In this document: positions 25,208 through 38,651 of the stretch, one piece after another
Layout: each line of letters opens with the position of its first letter
Numbering within the stretch: the stretch's first letter is position 1
Source of the DNA: Mustelus asterias
Taxonomy: Eukaryota
Reading direction: 5' to 3'
Length of the DNA: 64,000 bases
Assembly (NCBI RefSeq): GCF_964213995.1
Contig: NW_027590136.1
Location: forward strand, 248,001-312,000
Position numbers and translations under genes: made by a program
Notes under the pieces: model-generated
What the model was told of the DNA's origin: nothing
The model's input: only the letters and a program-made list of their open reading frames with translations
Database searches by the model: none

Positions 25208-26107
25208 TGATTGACAGATCCATGCTCACTGCTTCTTGCCCTGGATGCAGAGAGCTGAAAATTTCCATGCAGGCTGCCAGACAAATAAATGTCTACATTA
25301 CTGGAGTAAAAATGTGTGGAATATACAGACCGAATTCACTTCATTCCCTTCAGTTGCTGCAAGTCCCCAATTTCCCCCAGAATGAGAAAAGAAATGGAAA
25401 GGGGGAAACATTGATTTCCTCCCAGATGTTGTCCAGAGGAGGAAGTTTCAATCTGAAGCTCATTGGACAACTTCCGCATTGTGACATCACAATGGAGCCT
25501 GCCTGAATCAGCGAATAGGAATCTCTCTTCCTACATCAAGAGCTGATGTTTCTTGTCTGGATGACCCTTTGTCAAAGCTCTGAAACATCTGTTCTTTTCT
25601 CTCCATACAGATGCTGCCAGACCTGCTGAGAATGGGGAGACAGTGTGTGGGATGGAGATTTACAGCTTTTGGGGAATGAGAGAGGCAAGAATGTTCCATA
25701 GAAATTGTCTGTTCTGAATTTCTATGCTGTACTGACACTGATGACTTTTGTAAACTCGTTTTACAGGATATTGAAAGAGGAATCACAGGCCGAAATCTCA
25801 AACGTCATGTCTAGACGTGACAGAGTCATATTCCTTGGGACCTCAATATCATCGGACTTTGAATCCAGAAGGAGAAATGATTGTCCGGTCTGTCGATTTG
25901 AAATGTCAGTGTGAGTGAAAAAGCATCAACACACTGCCACACTTGAGTGAGTGTGTTCCAATGCACTGACTAAAAAGCTTTAACCAGTTACACAGTTTGA
26001 ATAAATATCACACCATTCACAGCGGGGAGAGACTGTAATCTTGTTCTGAGTGTGGGTGAAGTTTCAACTAATTGTCTAGTCAAGAGAGAGGTAAGGACAC
26101 CTGCACC

Positions 26108-27286
26108 ATGGAGAAACCATGGAAATGTGGGGACTGTGGGAAGGGATACAGAGCCCCATCTAAGCTGGAAGCTCATCGACGCAGCCACACTGGGGAGAGA
26201 CCATTCACCTGCTCTCAATGTGGGAAGGGATTCACTCGATTATCCCTCCTGCAGAGACACCAGCAAGTTCACACTGGAGAGAGGCCATTTTCCTGCTCTC
26301 AATGTGAGAAGGGATTCAGTCAGTTATCCGACCTGCAGAGACACCAGCGAGTTCACACTGGGGAGAGGCCGTTCACCTGCTCTCAGTGTGGGAAGGGATT
26401 CACTCAATTATCCACCCTGCGGACACATGAACGAGTTCACACTGGGGAGAGGCCATTCACCTGCTCTCAGTGTGGGAAGGGATTCATTCTGTTATCCAGC
26501 CTGCGGATACACCAGCGAGTTCACACTGGGGAGAAACCATTCACCTGCTCTCAGTGTGGGAAGGGATTCATTCAGTTATCCAGCTTGCAGAAACACCAGC
26601 ACGTTCACACAGGAGAGAGGCTGTTCACCTGCTCTCAGTGTGGGAAGGGATTCACTCGGTCATCCCTCCTGCAGAGACACCAGCGAGTTCACACTGGGGA
26701 GAGGCCATTCAACTGTTCTCAGTGTGGGAAGGGATTCACTCAGTCATCCATCCTGCGGACACACCAGCGAGTTCACACTGGGGAGAGACCGTTCACCTGC
26801 TCTCAGTGTGGGAAGGGATTCACTCAGTCAGCCGACCTGCAGAGACACCAGCTACGTCACACAGGGGAGAGGCCGTTCACCTGCTCTCAGTGTGGGAAGG
26901 GATTCATTCTGTTATCCAGCCTGCGAATACACCAGCGAGTTCACACTGGGGAGAAACCATTCATCTGTTCTCAGTGTGGGAAGGGATTCACTAACTCATC
27001 TGATCTGCGGACACACCAGCGAGTTCACACAGGGGAGAGGCCGTTCACCTGCTCTCAGTGTGGGAAGGGATTCACTCAGTCATCCCACCTGCAGAGACAC
27101 CAGCGAGTTCACACTGGGGAGAGACCATTCGACTGTTCTCAGTGTGGGAAGGGATTCACTCAGTCATCCAACTTGCAGACACACCAGCGAGTTCACACTG
27201 GGGAGAGGCCGTTCACCTGCTCTCAATGTGGGAAGGGATTCAGAGTTTCATCCCACCTGCTGAGACACCAACAAGTTCACGAGTGA
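26108..27286 (+). CDS. C2H2 zinc-finger protein, 14 fingers
   Basis: MEKPWKC start; highly homogeneous CSQCGKGF repeats. Confidence 0.9.
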   Translation: MEKPWKCGDCGKGYRAPSKLEAHRRSHTGERPFTCSQCGKGFTRLSLLQRHQQVHTGERPFSCSQCEKGFSQLSDLQRHQRVHTGERPFTCSQCGKGFTQLSTLRTHERVHTGERPFTCSQCGKGFILLSSLRIHQRVHTGEKPFTCSQCGKGFIQLSSLQKHQHVHTGERLFTCSQCGKGFTRSSLLQRHQRVHTGERPFNCSQCGKGFTQSSILRTHQRVHTGERPFTCSQCGKGFTQSADLQRHQLRHTGERPFTCSQCGKGFILLSSLRIHQRVHTGEKPFICSQCGKGFTNSSDLRTHQRVHTGERPFTCSQCGKGFTQSSHLQRHQRVHTGERPFDCSQCGKGFTQSSNLQTHQRVHTGERPFTCSQCGKGFRVSSHLLRHQQVHE

Positions 27287-27509
27287 TGACAGGGGTTGGA
27301 TTCTGCTGTTATTGTTTCTGCTCTCAATTATATCCAGGACTGCATTTTGTTCATTCTCACAGTTGGTCAATGGGGAGGGTCGGAGGGTTTCTTTCTGCTG
27401 GACTGGCCGGTCTCATGACTTTGCCTCCAGTGGGCTGATGCTCTTTGAGTCTTGTTGCGAATACCTGGTTTTTAGATTTCACAAGGATCACAGAGTGACA
27501 GGATGTTAG

Positions 27510-27785
27510 GAAGTTATAGAGGTTTACAACATGGAAACAGGCCCTTCGGCCCAACTTGTCCATTCCGCTCAGTTTTTACCACTAAGCTAGTCCCAATTGC
27601 CCGTATTTTGCCCATATCCCTCTATACCCATCTTACCCATGTAACTGTCTAAATGCTTTTTAAAAGACAGAATTGCACCCACCTCTACCACTGCCTCTGG
27701 CAACTCGTTCCAGACACTCACCACCATCTGAGTGAAAAATTGCCCCTCTGGACCCTTTTGTATCTCTCCCCTCTCACCTTAAACC
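27510..27785 (-). mobile_element. CR1 LINE 3' end
   Basis: Same family as the 28383-31090 tail. Confidence 0.8.
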
Positions 27786-28382
27786 TAAAACTAAGAACAA
27801 GAAATGTATCGATAAAATGATTAGAGAATAGAGCCAACATTTTGAGTCTGAATGACACTTCATAAGAGTTGTTATGAAGGGTCATCCAGTATTGAAACTT
27901 TGGCTCCATTCTTCACAGGTGCTGTCAGACCCGCTGAGATTTTCCAGCATTTTGTGTTTTTGTTTCAGATTCCAGTATCTGCAGTATTTTACTCTTCTGA
28001 TGAAATGATTAGTTCTGATTGGAATCCCCATGACCCTCCTTCAAAACAGAGGGAGTGGTGGCAGAAGGAGAAAAATGATAAGGATGATAAAGTCTGGGTT
28101 CTGATTCTCCGAGCCCATGAAGAATTAACAAAATGAGTGAACCAGTTTATAAAGAACAGAAGTTACCCATCCCTAACAAAAACTGATCAAATTAAAATAA
28201 TTAGGTTGAGGAAGAGAACAAAAGAATTCATAGATAAAGTTTAAAATCAACTTTGTTTTGTTGTTAGAGAAGTTTTTAAAAATTATGTAAAGTGATGTAA
28301 CTGTGTGCCAAGTTTCTTCTCTCACTCCCCACCCCTTTAGGTTCTGTAGAAAAGTTAACCCTTTCAGCAGACAGTTGATTTA

Positions 28383-31090
28383 GTCATGGAGTTATAGAGG
28401 TTTCCAGCTTGGAAACGGGCCCTTCAGCCCAACTTGTCCATGCCGCCCCTTTTTTAACCCCTGTGCTCATCCCAATTGTCCACGTTTGGTCCATATCCCT
28501 CGACACCCATCTTACCCATGTAACTCTAAACGCTTTTTAAAAGACAAAATTGTACCTGCCTCTACTACTACCTCTGGCACCTTTTTCCAGACACTCACCA
28601 CCCTCTGTGTGAAACAAGTGCCCCTCTGGACCCTTCTGTATCTCTCCCCTCTCACCTTAAACCTATGCCCTCTAGTTTTAGACTCCCCTACCCTTGGGAA
28701 AAGATATTGACTATCTAGCTGATCTATGCCCCTCATTATTTTATAGACCTCTATAAGTTCACCCCTAAGCCTCTTACATTCCAGGGAAAAAAGTCCCAGT
28801 CTATCCAGCCTCTCTTTATAACTCAAACCATCAAGTCCCGGTAGCATCCTAATAAATCTTTTCTGCAGTCTTTCTAGTTTAATAATATCCTTTCTATAAT
28901 AGGGTGACCAGAACTGTACACAGTATTCCAAGTGTGGCCTTACCAATGTCTTGTAAAACTTCAACAAGACATTCCAACTCCTGTATTCAATGTTCTGACC
29001 AACATGCAGAATGCCTTCTTCACCACTCTGTCCACCTGCAACTCCATTTTCAAGGAGCTATGTACCTGTACCCCTAGATTTCTGTTCTGTAACTCTCCCC
29101 AACACCCTACCATTAACTGAGTAAGTCCTGTCCTGGTTCGATCGCCCAAAATGTATTACCTCGCATTTATCTAAATTAAACTCCATCTGCCATTCGTCAG
29201 CCCACTGGCCCAATTGATCAAGATCGCGCTACAATCCTAGATAGCCTTCTCCACTGTCCACGATGCCACCAACTTTGGTGTCATCTGAAAACGTACTACC
29301 CATGCCTCCTACATTCTCATCCAAATCATTAATATAAATGACAAATAACAGTGGACCCAGCACCGATCCTTGAGGCACGCCGCTGGTCACAGGCTCCAGT
29401 TTGAAAAACAACCTTCGACAACCACCCTGTCTTCTGTCATCAAGCCAATTTTGTATCCATTTGGCTAACTCACCCTGGATTTCATTAGATTTAACCTTAA
29501 GCAACAACCTACCTTGCGGTACCTTGTCAAAGGCCTTGCTAAAGTCCACGTAGACAGCATCACCTGTACTGCCCTGATCTACCTTCTTGGTTACCCCTTC
29601 AAAAAACTCAATCAAATTTGTGAGACATGATTTTCCACTCACAAAGCCATGCTGACCGTCCCTAATCAGTCCTTGTGTCTCCAAATGCCTGTAGATCCTG
29701 TCTCTCAAATACCTTCTTACAACTTACAGATGTGAATCACACCGCCCTTTAGTTCCCAGGCTTTTCCCTGCAGCCCTTTTTAAACAAAGGCTCCACATTT
29801 GCCACCCTCCAATCTTTAGGTACCTCACCCGTGACTATCGATGATTCAAATATCTCTGCTCGGAGACCCGCAATTTCCTCCCTAGCCTCCCACAGTGTTC
29901 TGGGATACACTTCATCAGGTCCCGGGGATTTATCTACCTTGATGCGCTTTATGACTTCCAGCACCTCCTTCTCTGTTATAAGTACACTTCTCAAGACATC
30001 ACTTTATTTCCCCAAGTTCCCTAACATCCATGCTTTTCTCAACAATAAATAATGATGAAAAATATTCATTTATGATCTCACCCATCTCTTGTGGATCCGC
30101 ACATAGATGACCTTGTTGATCCTTCAGAGGCCCTACTCTCTACCTAGTTACTCTTTGGCACTTTATGTATTTATAGAACCTCTTTGGATTCTCCTTTGCC
30201 TTATCTGCCAAAACAATCTCGTGTCCCCTTTTTGCCCTCCTGATTTCTCTCTTAATTCTACTCCTACACCCTCTATACTCTTCAAGGGATCCACTTGATC
30301 CCAGCTGCCTATGCATGTCATGTGCCTCCTTCTTCTTGACGAGGGCCTCAATATCTCGAGTCATCCAGGGTTCCCGACTTCTACCAGCCTTGCCCATCAC
30401 TCTAAGAGCAATGTGCTTACCCTGAACCCTGGTTAAAACACTTTTGAAAGCCTCCCACTTACCAGACGTCCCTTTGCCTTCCCACAGACTCCCCCAGTTA
30501 ACTGTCGAAAGTTCCTGCCTGATACCATCAACATTGGCCTTTCCCTAATTTAGAATTTTTACTTTTGGACCTGACCAATCATTTTCCATAGGTATCTTAA
30601 AACTAATGGAATTATGGTCACTGGTCCCAAAGTGATCCCTCACTCACACTTCTATCACCTGCCCTTCCTTATTTCCCAAGAGGAGGTCAGGTTTTGCCCC
30701 TCTCTAGTCGGGCCATCCACATACTGAATGAGAAATTCCTCCTGAATACACTCAACAAATTTCTCTCCATCCAAGCCTCTAATACTGTGGCTGTCCCAGT
30801 CAATGTTGGGAAAGTTAAAATCTCCGACTATTACCACCCTATTTTTCTTGGAACTATCTGTAATCTCCTTACATATTTGCTCCTCAATTTCCCACCGACT
30901 ATTTGGGGGCCTATAGTACAACCCTATCAAAGTGATTTCCCCCTTCTTATTTCTCAGTTCACCCCTTTTGACTCAGTAGGCGAACCCTCGGATATATCCC
31001 TTCTCAGTACTGCCGTGATGTTTTCCTGAATCAAAAGTGCAACTCCCCCTCCTTTCTTTCCTCCTGTTCTATCTTTCCTATGGCATCTTG
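28383..31090 (-). mobile_element. Long CR1 LINE ORF2 (APE endonuclease plus RT), disrupted
   Basis: [32 protein letters not shown] and RPHLEYCVQFW. Confidence 0.93.
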
Positions 31091-33139
31091 TTTTTAACTT
31101 GTTTTTAAATCACCCAGAAACTCGTGTCTATTTTAGTTTATAATTGTGGATTTATTGGAGCCAGTTAAATGTGGAAATTTTAAGCATACCCTGGAGGAAT
31201 TTGGAACAACTGAGAATTTTATATTGTTGTCACCTCAACCCCAGATAAAGAACAAGGAGATTGCAGGTGGTAACGTGTTTGGGATTTTAAATTAACAAAG
31301 ATTAGATGTTGCTGATAAAATCAGGCCTTGGAAGTTGGCTTAAAAAGGGTTAAGTTACAATGAAGGATCTTGCATCTTATTTTAATCAAGGAGTTGTGAG
31401 CTTGTAGTGCTCTGTCGCTTTAAGAAGCTACAGCTGCGAGAGAGAATGCTGAGGATTCATTGTTTGAAATTTACGAGCTGTGAGAATCTGTGTGTTTTGT
31501 TTGTTTTATGTGGATGTTTGTAGATATGTTTTATCATTGTTTTGGGCTACATTTGTTAAGGTTTATCTTTCTGGGGAATTAATCTTACCTTGAGTCTTTA
31601 ATTAAAGGCATTTTTGGGAGTTTAAAAACAGAATCAGAAGAATGCTTAAGTAATTAATTTTGGTTATTATTGTAAAGCACATGCTAAGTTTCTCTGTTTG
31701 TGTGTGGATGATTTTTGTGGGTTGAACGCTTTAAGCTTTGAGGTTTTTTGTCTGTGATTTAAATCAAACAGATTTTTTAAATGGAAGTGTCATGAATAAA
31801 GCTTTTTTTTTCAAAAGTTATGAACCTGGAGCCATATTTACTGACCAGAGACAGGATTCCAGGATATTTTACTAAACATGTGGGAATTTTAATCCAGATA
31901 AAACTCACTCATGAAAATGAGACTTTTAACTTGTAATGGTTATTGTAAGGGGAAGTTTTCTCACTTCCTACCAGCATGAAAGACAAGCAGACATGAGTAC
32001 AGTACAAAAAGGCAACACAAATTTTATTCTCTGTTTAAAATAACAAAACTGCAGGCCTGGGGAGAGACAGCTGCTCGTCAACTGCTCTGCCTGGCTATTA
32101 TGCGCTTTACAGTTTATAGGGTTTTGAACTTCGTGCCAAACATATGGTAATAGGCTCATCATTTACTACAAGTTACATGATCAGTATCTGCTCATAACAC
32201 AAAGCAGTGGCACAATAGCGAGATATTAAAACAGCCATTATAGATAGGTGGAGCTGATCCCATTTCCCCTGGGCTGATCTGTTTCTGGAGGGCTCCCTTT
32301 GTGATTTGAGCTTCTTGCATAATCTAATCAGTTGAGCTATTGTCTGTGTTTCCCTGCTTGGAGTCGAAAGTGATTAAGGCTGTCTGAAGTGATTAGGGGA
32401 TGCAAGGAGCCTCTCCATGAGTCATCGCATTGCTGTGAACTGTTGACAATATTTTAAAATAAATTTGATATACACACGTAAAAATATCCATGATATTAAG
32501 CATAAAAGTCGTCTTAAGCATAAAGGTCGCCCCCTTCAGTTATTTAAAATTTGGTACATATGAAACGATTCTGACCAATTCTGTGTTGGATTGATCTTGG
32601 GTTAAACTTCCTGTCAGGTCCAAAGATTTATTCCTGACACAATTAACACAATGAAAAGGAAAATTCTGGAATTGGATACTGAAGAACAGAGTTTAAAAGG
32701 AGAGATTATTAAATAGAAATGATTCCCAGACCGTGTGGTCATTAGATTGAAACAAAGGAAGGGTGCTGACATCCATTTGAGAACTTTTAATCCACCCCTT
32801 TTCAAACTGAGTCTATGTACAAAGAAAACGCCAAGGATGGTCGATAAGGGGGTCTGGAAAACATCATGATGGGGGCACCTATCTGTCCATGAGATGCTCA
32901 CAAAGCCCCATAATGCCCAGATACTAATTTTATTGAACCTATAATGTATGTAATCGATCACCATTCTGATTGGATTGTGTCCAGCCGGGATGGGCTGAGT
33001 AACTGGATAAGAATTGATGATATTCTGTGTTGGGTGGAGTTGCACATGGTCAGCCCCTGTGGCTTCTCCCCGCTGGCGTAACTCAATAAACTGTTTGTCG
33101 ATTGAATCAGGTTTGAGTGTTGAATGATTCTTCTGAGTT

Positions 33140-33300
33140 CATTCCCCACAACACACTGGGTACATTACCACTTCATCCTCGGGAGTGGCCTGATAGGCCG
33201 TGGTCCAGACTACATGTGGACTTTGGGGGGCCTTTCATGAATCACATGTTTTTGCTTGTTGTAGATGCACATTCAAAATGCTTGGAAGCACAGATCATGA
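33140..33300 (+). mobile_element. Gypsy-type LTR retrotransposon integrase fragment
   Basis: PLHPREWPDRPWSRLHVDFGGPFMNHMFLLVVDAHSK. Confidence 0.8.
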
Positions 33301-33974
33301 GTAATATTCCAGGGCAATTAGGACTAGCTTAGTGGTAAAAACTGGGCAGCATGGACAAGTTGGGCCGAAAGGCCTGTTTCCATGCTGTAAACCTCTACGA
33401 CTCTAACTACCTTTTTTGTGGCCTGAAGTTCCCACAATTGGAAAGCAGCCAGATTAGTTAAATAGACAGCATTAATTGTGAGACAATTAAATAATAAATG
33501 ATTCATTAATACATATGTTATAAAGGCTGGAAATATAAATTTGAACACAGGTTTATAACTTTTAGAATTATAAACACTTTAAGAATGGTTAAAATGCTGT
33601 GGGAATTATAAGATGTTCCCTTCCCATGCTGACAGAATAAAGAAAGATGAAAGGACTTGTTAACCTTGACTGGAGGGAATGAATCGGCTCCTGTTCAAGA
33701 TGTCTCAACATTGAATGACTGATGTGAACCAATTATCGGTCAACACTTGGGCTACCCCAAGCTAAGAGATATCGTTTGAGAGAAAGGTATGTCTTAAAAT
33801 TAAGACAATATGTGCAATTAGCTAAAAACCAAATCAATTTCATTATTGACAAGTTATAGACCAATTGGCTAATTCCTAACAATTAGCTGAGGATGGCTTT
33901 CTACATTTTGAAAGTATAAAAAAGGGGATTCGAGAAACCAATCTGGTAGAAGTTTTTAAAAGTTAACTTTTTTT

Positions 33975-34262
33975 ATAGTTTGTTTATTAGTGTCACACAT
34001 AGACTTACATTAACATTGCAATGAAGTTACTCTGATAATCCCCCAGTCGCCACACTCTGGTGCCTGTTTGGGTAAACTGAGGAAGAATTTAGCATGGCCA
34101 ATGTACCCAACCAGCACGTCTTTCGGACTGTGGGAGGAAACCGGAGCACCCAGAGGAAACCTGCACAGACACGGGGAGAATGGGCGAACTCCGCACAGCC
34201 AGTGACCCAAGCCGGGACTCGAACCCTCTGCTGTGAGGCAGCAGTGCCTCACACTGTGCCCT
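33975..34262 (-). mobile_element. tRNA-derived SINE with a different 3' tail
   Basis: SINE head and body on the minus strand. Confidence 0.75.
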
Positions 34263-35117
34263 ACAGAGAGACGTTGAGAGCTGTTAGTTTTACAAGTTAT
34301 CCACGTTTTCAGAGCCATCACTTCATGTCCTGGTTTGAGAAGGATGGAGAAGTTGAAGTTAAGCTCTCCTCCTTTTGCTGTTGATCGATACTTTGCTTTT
34401 TTATCTTTCTGACTCGTTACATTTTTAATGGTTAATAAACTTTCTGAATTCACCATTTAAAGTGTTCTTTCTTGCCATATGATTAAGACACTGGAACCTG
34501 GTGTGATTTACGATGAGGGAAGTTATTGTAAACAAGAGAACCCCCATAAATCTTAGTTCAAACAAATCAAAGTTCTTATAAATGGAATGTTATCCTTTAT
34601 TCTGAGAGAAATTGAACATAGAAGTAAAGATGTTATGCTTCAGTTGTGCAGGGCGTTGCTGAGATTGCACCTTGAACACAGGGTACAATTTTGTCTCCTA
34701 TTAAACAAAGGATATAAATACATTGGAAGCAGTTCAGAGGAGGTTTACAAGATTGATTCCCAATCCAGTAGTGTGAAACATTAACACTGTTTCTCTCTCC
34801 ACAGATGCTGCAAGACGTGTTGTGTTTTTCCAGTCCTTTCTGTATTTATTTTAAATCTACCTGTAGTGGTAGGAAAAACACTATTTACTATCCAGGATAA
34901 AATAAATGTCCTTCATCAGCTTTTGTGGATCATTTCAGTGGCAATGTGCTCTCCCAGGCTCAAAGAGCATCAGCGAACTAGAAGCAAAGTCGTGAGACCG
35001 GCCAGTCCAGCAGAAAGAAACCCTCCGACCCTCCCACTTCACCAACTGTCAGAATGAACATGGTTCAGTCCTGGATGTGATTAACAGCAGCAATAAAACA
35101 GAATCCAACCCCTGTCA

Positions 35118-35576
<459 letters not shown>

Positions 35577-35590
35577 TCAATTAAATCTCA

Positions 35591-35698
<108 letters not shown>

Positions 35699-36435
35699 TC
35701 AGGTGTGTCTGTGTCTTGGTGTATTTCCAGTCACATTTATGTTATAAAAAATTCTGACGCAGACAGAACATTAAAAGATTTCTCCTTCAAGATTGAAAGG
35801 CCAATGATATTCGGGTCCCAATCAATCAAATGTCTGTCAGATGTTGATGTGACGTTTGATTCGAGATTTCTGTCTGTAAATCCCCACCTTCTGATATCCT
35901 GCAAAAGGAGATTACAAAATTCATCAGTGTCAGTACAGGACAGAAATTCAGAACAGACAATTCTAGTTTCTATGGAACATTCTTTCCTCTCTCATTCCCC
36001 AAACGCAGTAAATCTCCATCCCACACACTCTCCCTCAATTCTCACTCTGCTGTATCTAATATTCACCCTCCCAATTCTCCTGAAGGTGCTGATTGAGGCT
36101 GATTGACAGATCCATGCTCACGGCTTCCTGTCCTGGACACAGGGAGCTGAAAATCTCCATGCAGGCTGCCAGACAGATGTCTATAATACTGGATAAAAGT
36201 GTAACATACAGGACATTACTTGAGTAGTGGTAGAGCAGGGATTTGAGGAAGATTTATATTTATGTACGGAGAGCACATGATCTAGAACTCGCTGCCTATG
36301 AGGATGGTGGAACAGAAGATTCAATCATTTCAAAATGAAATTGGATGGGTACTTGAAGGAAATAAAACTTGCAGAGGAATGTTGATAGAGAGAAAGAACA
36401 GGATTCTACAGAGAATCAATCTGCAGTCCATAAGA

Positions 36436-36592
36436 TGACGTGGAGATGTCGGCGTTGGACTGGGGTGGGCACACAACACCAGGTTCATCAGGTGAGTGGC
36501 CATTCACCTGATGAAGGAGCAGTGCTCCGAAAGCTCGTGCGATCAAATAAACCTGTTGGACTTTAACCTGGTATTGTGAGACTTCTTACTGT
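36436..36592. mobile_element. Fold-back Penelope-derived mini-element
   Basis: Inverted terminal-repeat pieces around the hammerhead. Confidence 0.75.
36505..36539 (+). ncRNA. Minimal hammerhead ribozyme motif with a canonical UC cleavage site
   Basis: CAC-CTGATGA-A-GGAGC-AGT-GCTCC-GAAA-GC-TC-GTG. Confidence 0.78.
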
Positions 36593-36659
36593 TTATAAGA
36601 TGTACAGGTTAGGTTGATTGGCCATGCTCAATTGCCACTTAGTGTCCCAGGATGTGTGG

Positions 36660-36880
36660 GTTGGGGGGGCAATGCTCGGGGGGGGGGCAATGCTCGGGGG
36701 GGGGGCAATGCCCGGGGGGGGCAAAGCCCGGGGGGGGCAAAGCCCGGGGGGGGGGGGGCAAAGCCCGGGGGGGGGCAAAGCCCGGGGGGGGGGGCAAAGC
36801 CCGGGGGGGGGGGGGGGCAAAGCCCAGGGGGGGGGGCAAAGCCCAGGGGGGGGGGGGCAAAGCCCAGGGGGGGGGGAGGG
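36660..36880 (+). repeat. G-rich minisatellite (GCAAAGCCC-Gn)
   Basis: About 11 units with long G-runs. Confidence 0.9.
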
Positions 36881-36881
36881 A

Positions 36882-37975
36882 CAGAGAGATAGTAAAAGTT
36901 TTTACAAATATATAAAAAGGAAAAGAGTAGCTAAAGTAAATGTTGGACCCTTAGTAGATGAGAAGGGGGATTTAATAATGGGAAACGAGGAAATGGCTGA
37001 GGCCTTAAACAAGTTTTTTGTATCAGTCTTCACGGTAGAGGACACAAATAGCTTACCGAAAATTGACGGTCATGGGACTGTAGGGGATGAGGTCCTTAAA
37101 ATGATTACTATTACTAAAGAGGTAGTGCTTGGGAGGCTAATGGGACTAAAGGTAGACAAGTCCCCGGGCCCGGATGGAATGCATCCCAGGGGACTGAAAG
37201 AAATGGCAGAAGTAATAGAGGATGCGTTGGTTGTAATTTATCAAAATACGCTGGACTCTGGGGAAGTGCCGGCTGATTGGAAAACAGCTAATGTGACGCC
37301 ACTGTTTAAAAAAGGAGGTAGACAAAAGGCGGGTAACTACAGGCCGGTTAGCTTAACGTCCGTAGTTGGGAAATTGCTGGAATTCATCATTAAGGAAGAA
37401 ATAGCAGGACACCTGGAAAAAAATGGTTTGATCAAGCAGACGCAGCATGGATTCATGAAGGGAAAGTCGTGTTTGACAAATTTACTGGATTTTTATGTTG
37501 ATGTAACGAGTGCGGTTGACAGAGGGGAACCAGTGGATGTGGTGTTTTTGGATTTCCAGAAGGCGTTCGATAAGGTGCCTCACAAAAGGTTGCTGCAGAA
37601 AATCAGGGTGCACGGAGTTAGGGGTAAAGTGTTAGCGTGGATTGGGGATTGGCTATCTAACAGGAAGCAGAGAGTTGGAATAAATGGGTGCTTTTCTGGT
37701 TGGCAGTTGGTGACTAGTGGCGTGCCACAGGGATTGGTGCTGGGGCCTCAAGTATTTACCATATGCATAGACGATCTGGAGGAGGGGACCGAGTGTTGGG
37801 TAACAAAGTTTGCGGATGACACAAAGATGAGTGGGAAAGTGAATTGCGTGGAGGATGCGGTAAGTCTGCAGAGAGATTTGGATAGGCTAAGTGAGTGGGC
37901 GAGGATCTGGCAGATGGAGTATAGCGTTGGTAAGTGTGAGCTTATCCACTTTGGAAGGAATAATAGTAAAATGGA
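36882..37975 (+). mobile_element. CR1 LINE RT fragment with an open frame
   Basis: KSPGPDG, NYRPVSLTS, GVPQG and FADD. Confidence 0.93.
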
Positions 37976-38174
37976 AGCTGCAATGCTGCCCCCTGTTGTT
38001 CACTTCTCCCAGTCTCAGCATTGCAGAGTGTTTAAACAAGAATGGCACATTCAGCACCATGGAATGAGAACATTCGGACTAACTCTTCGTTATACAATTG
38101 TTCTGTTTGTATTAACAGTTCACAATCCAGGTCACAGATCTGATTCAGTGAGAGGAGGTGAGAGTGCCTTTGCA

Positions 38175-38213
38175 GGTTTTTGTACGGGCTCACTGCGCCT
38201 CTGTAGCAGTGTG
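38175..38213 (-). other. 23-bp-spacer recombination signal sequence
   Basis: CACACTG + 23 nt + ACAAAAACC immediately after the V coding end. Confidence 0.95.
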
Positions 38214-38651
38214 GGGCTCAGCGCACAGTGATACACGGCAGAGTCAGAGACATGGACCCCAGTGATATTTAAAGGAACTGTTTTCTTGTCCTTGTCCAAA
38301 TCAGCAGAAAACCGGTCAGGGAAATCTGGAGACTTTTCTCCGCCCCCCGTGCTATATTTCTGCAGTAAATATCTCGGAGCTTCCCCGGGATACTGGATGT
38401 ACCAGAAGAGATTTGGAAAAGCATCCGTTGTTGTGTAATTACAATTCACTATTACGTTCAATCCTTCCTGAACCGTTAATTCAGCCGGGTCCTGGGAAAC
38501 TGAATCTTGGCCATTGATTCCTGCAACAAAATGTAGAATGTGTGAGAAATCTGTGAACAAATATAACCCATGAAACACACACTGAGGATCTGAGCTCAGA
38601 CTCACCGGGCAGCGTGGTCATTGTTATCAGTAAAGCACACAGGAGATACAT
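38214..38651 (-). CDS. TRAV: T-cell receptor alpha/delta-type V gene segment (leader exon 38651-38606, intron 38605-38521, V exon 38520-38214)
   Basis: MYLLCALLITMTTLP-G|GTGAGT…TTGCAG|GINGQDSVSQDPAELTVQEGLNVIVNCNY…LFWYIQYPGEAP…DSAVYHCALSP; no stops; followed by an RSS. Confidence 0.92.

Larger units (their letters stand above)
20980..27510. repeat. Segmental duplication copy A (divergent ZNF pair); copy B is 40688-48290
   Basis: Colinear high similarity across flanks, genes, promoter, minisatellite and Penelope fragment. Confidence 0.9.

Noticed and set aside
26052-27263. Long alternate-frame ORFs over the ZNF arrays ([20 protein letters not shown] and ASSHWGE repeats)
   Set aside because: These are by-products of 84-bp finger repeats that lack stops in the other frames
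36618-38231. 537-aa ORF as a novel Gly-rich reverse transcriptase gene
   Set aside because: It is a chance fusion of a SINE piece, the G-minisatellite, a CR1 RT fragment and the antisense V flank
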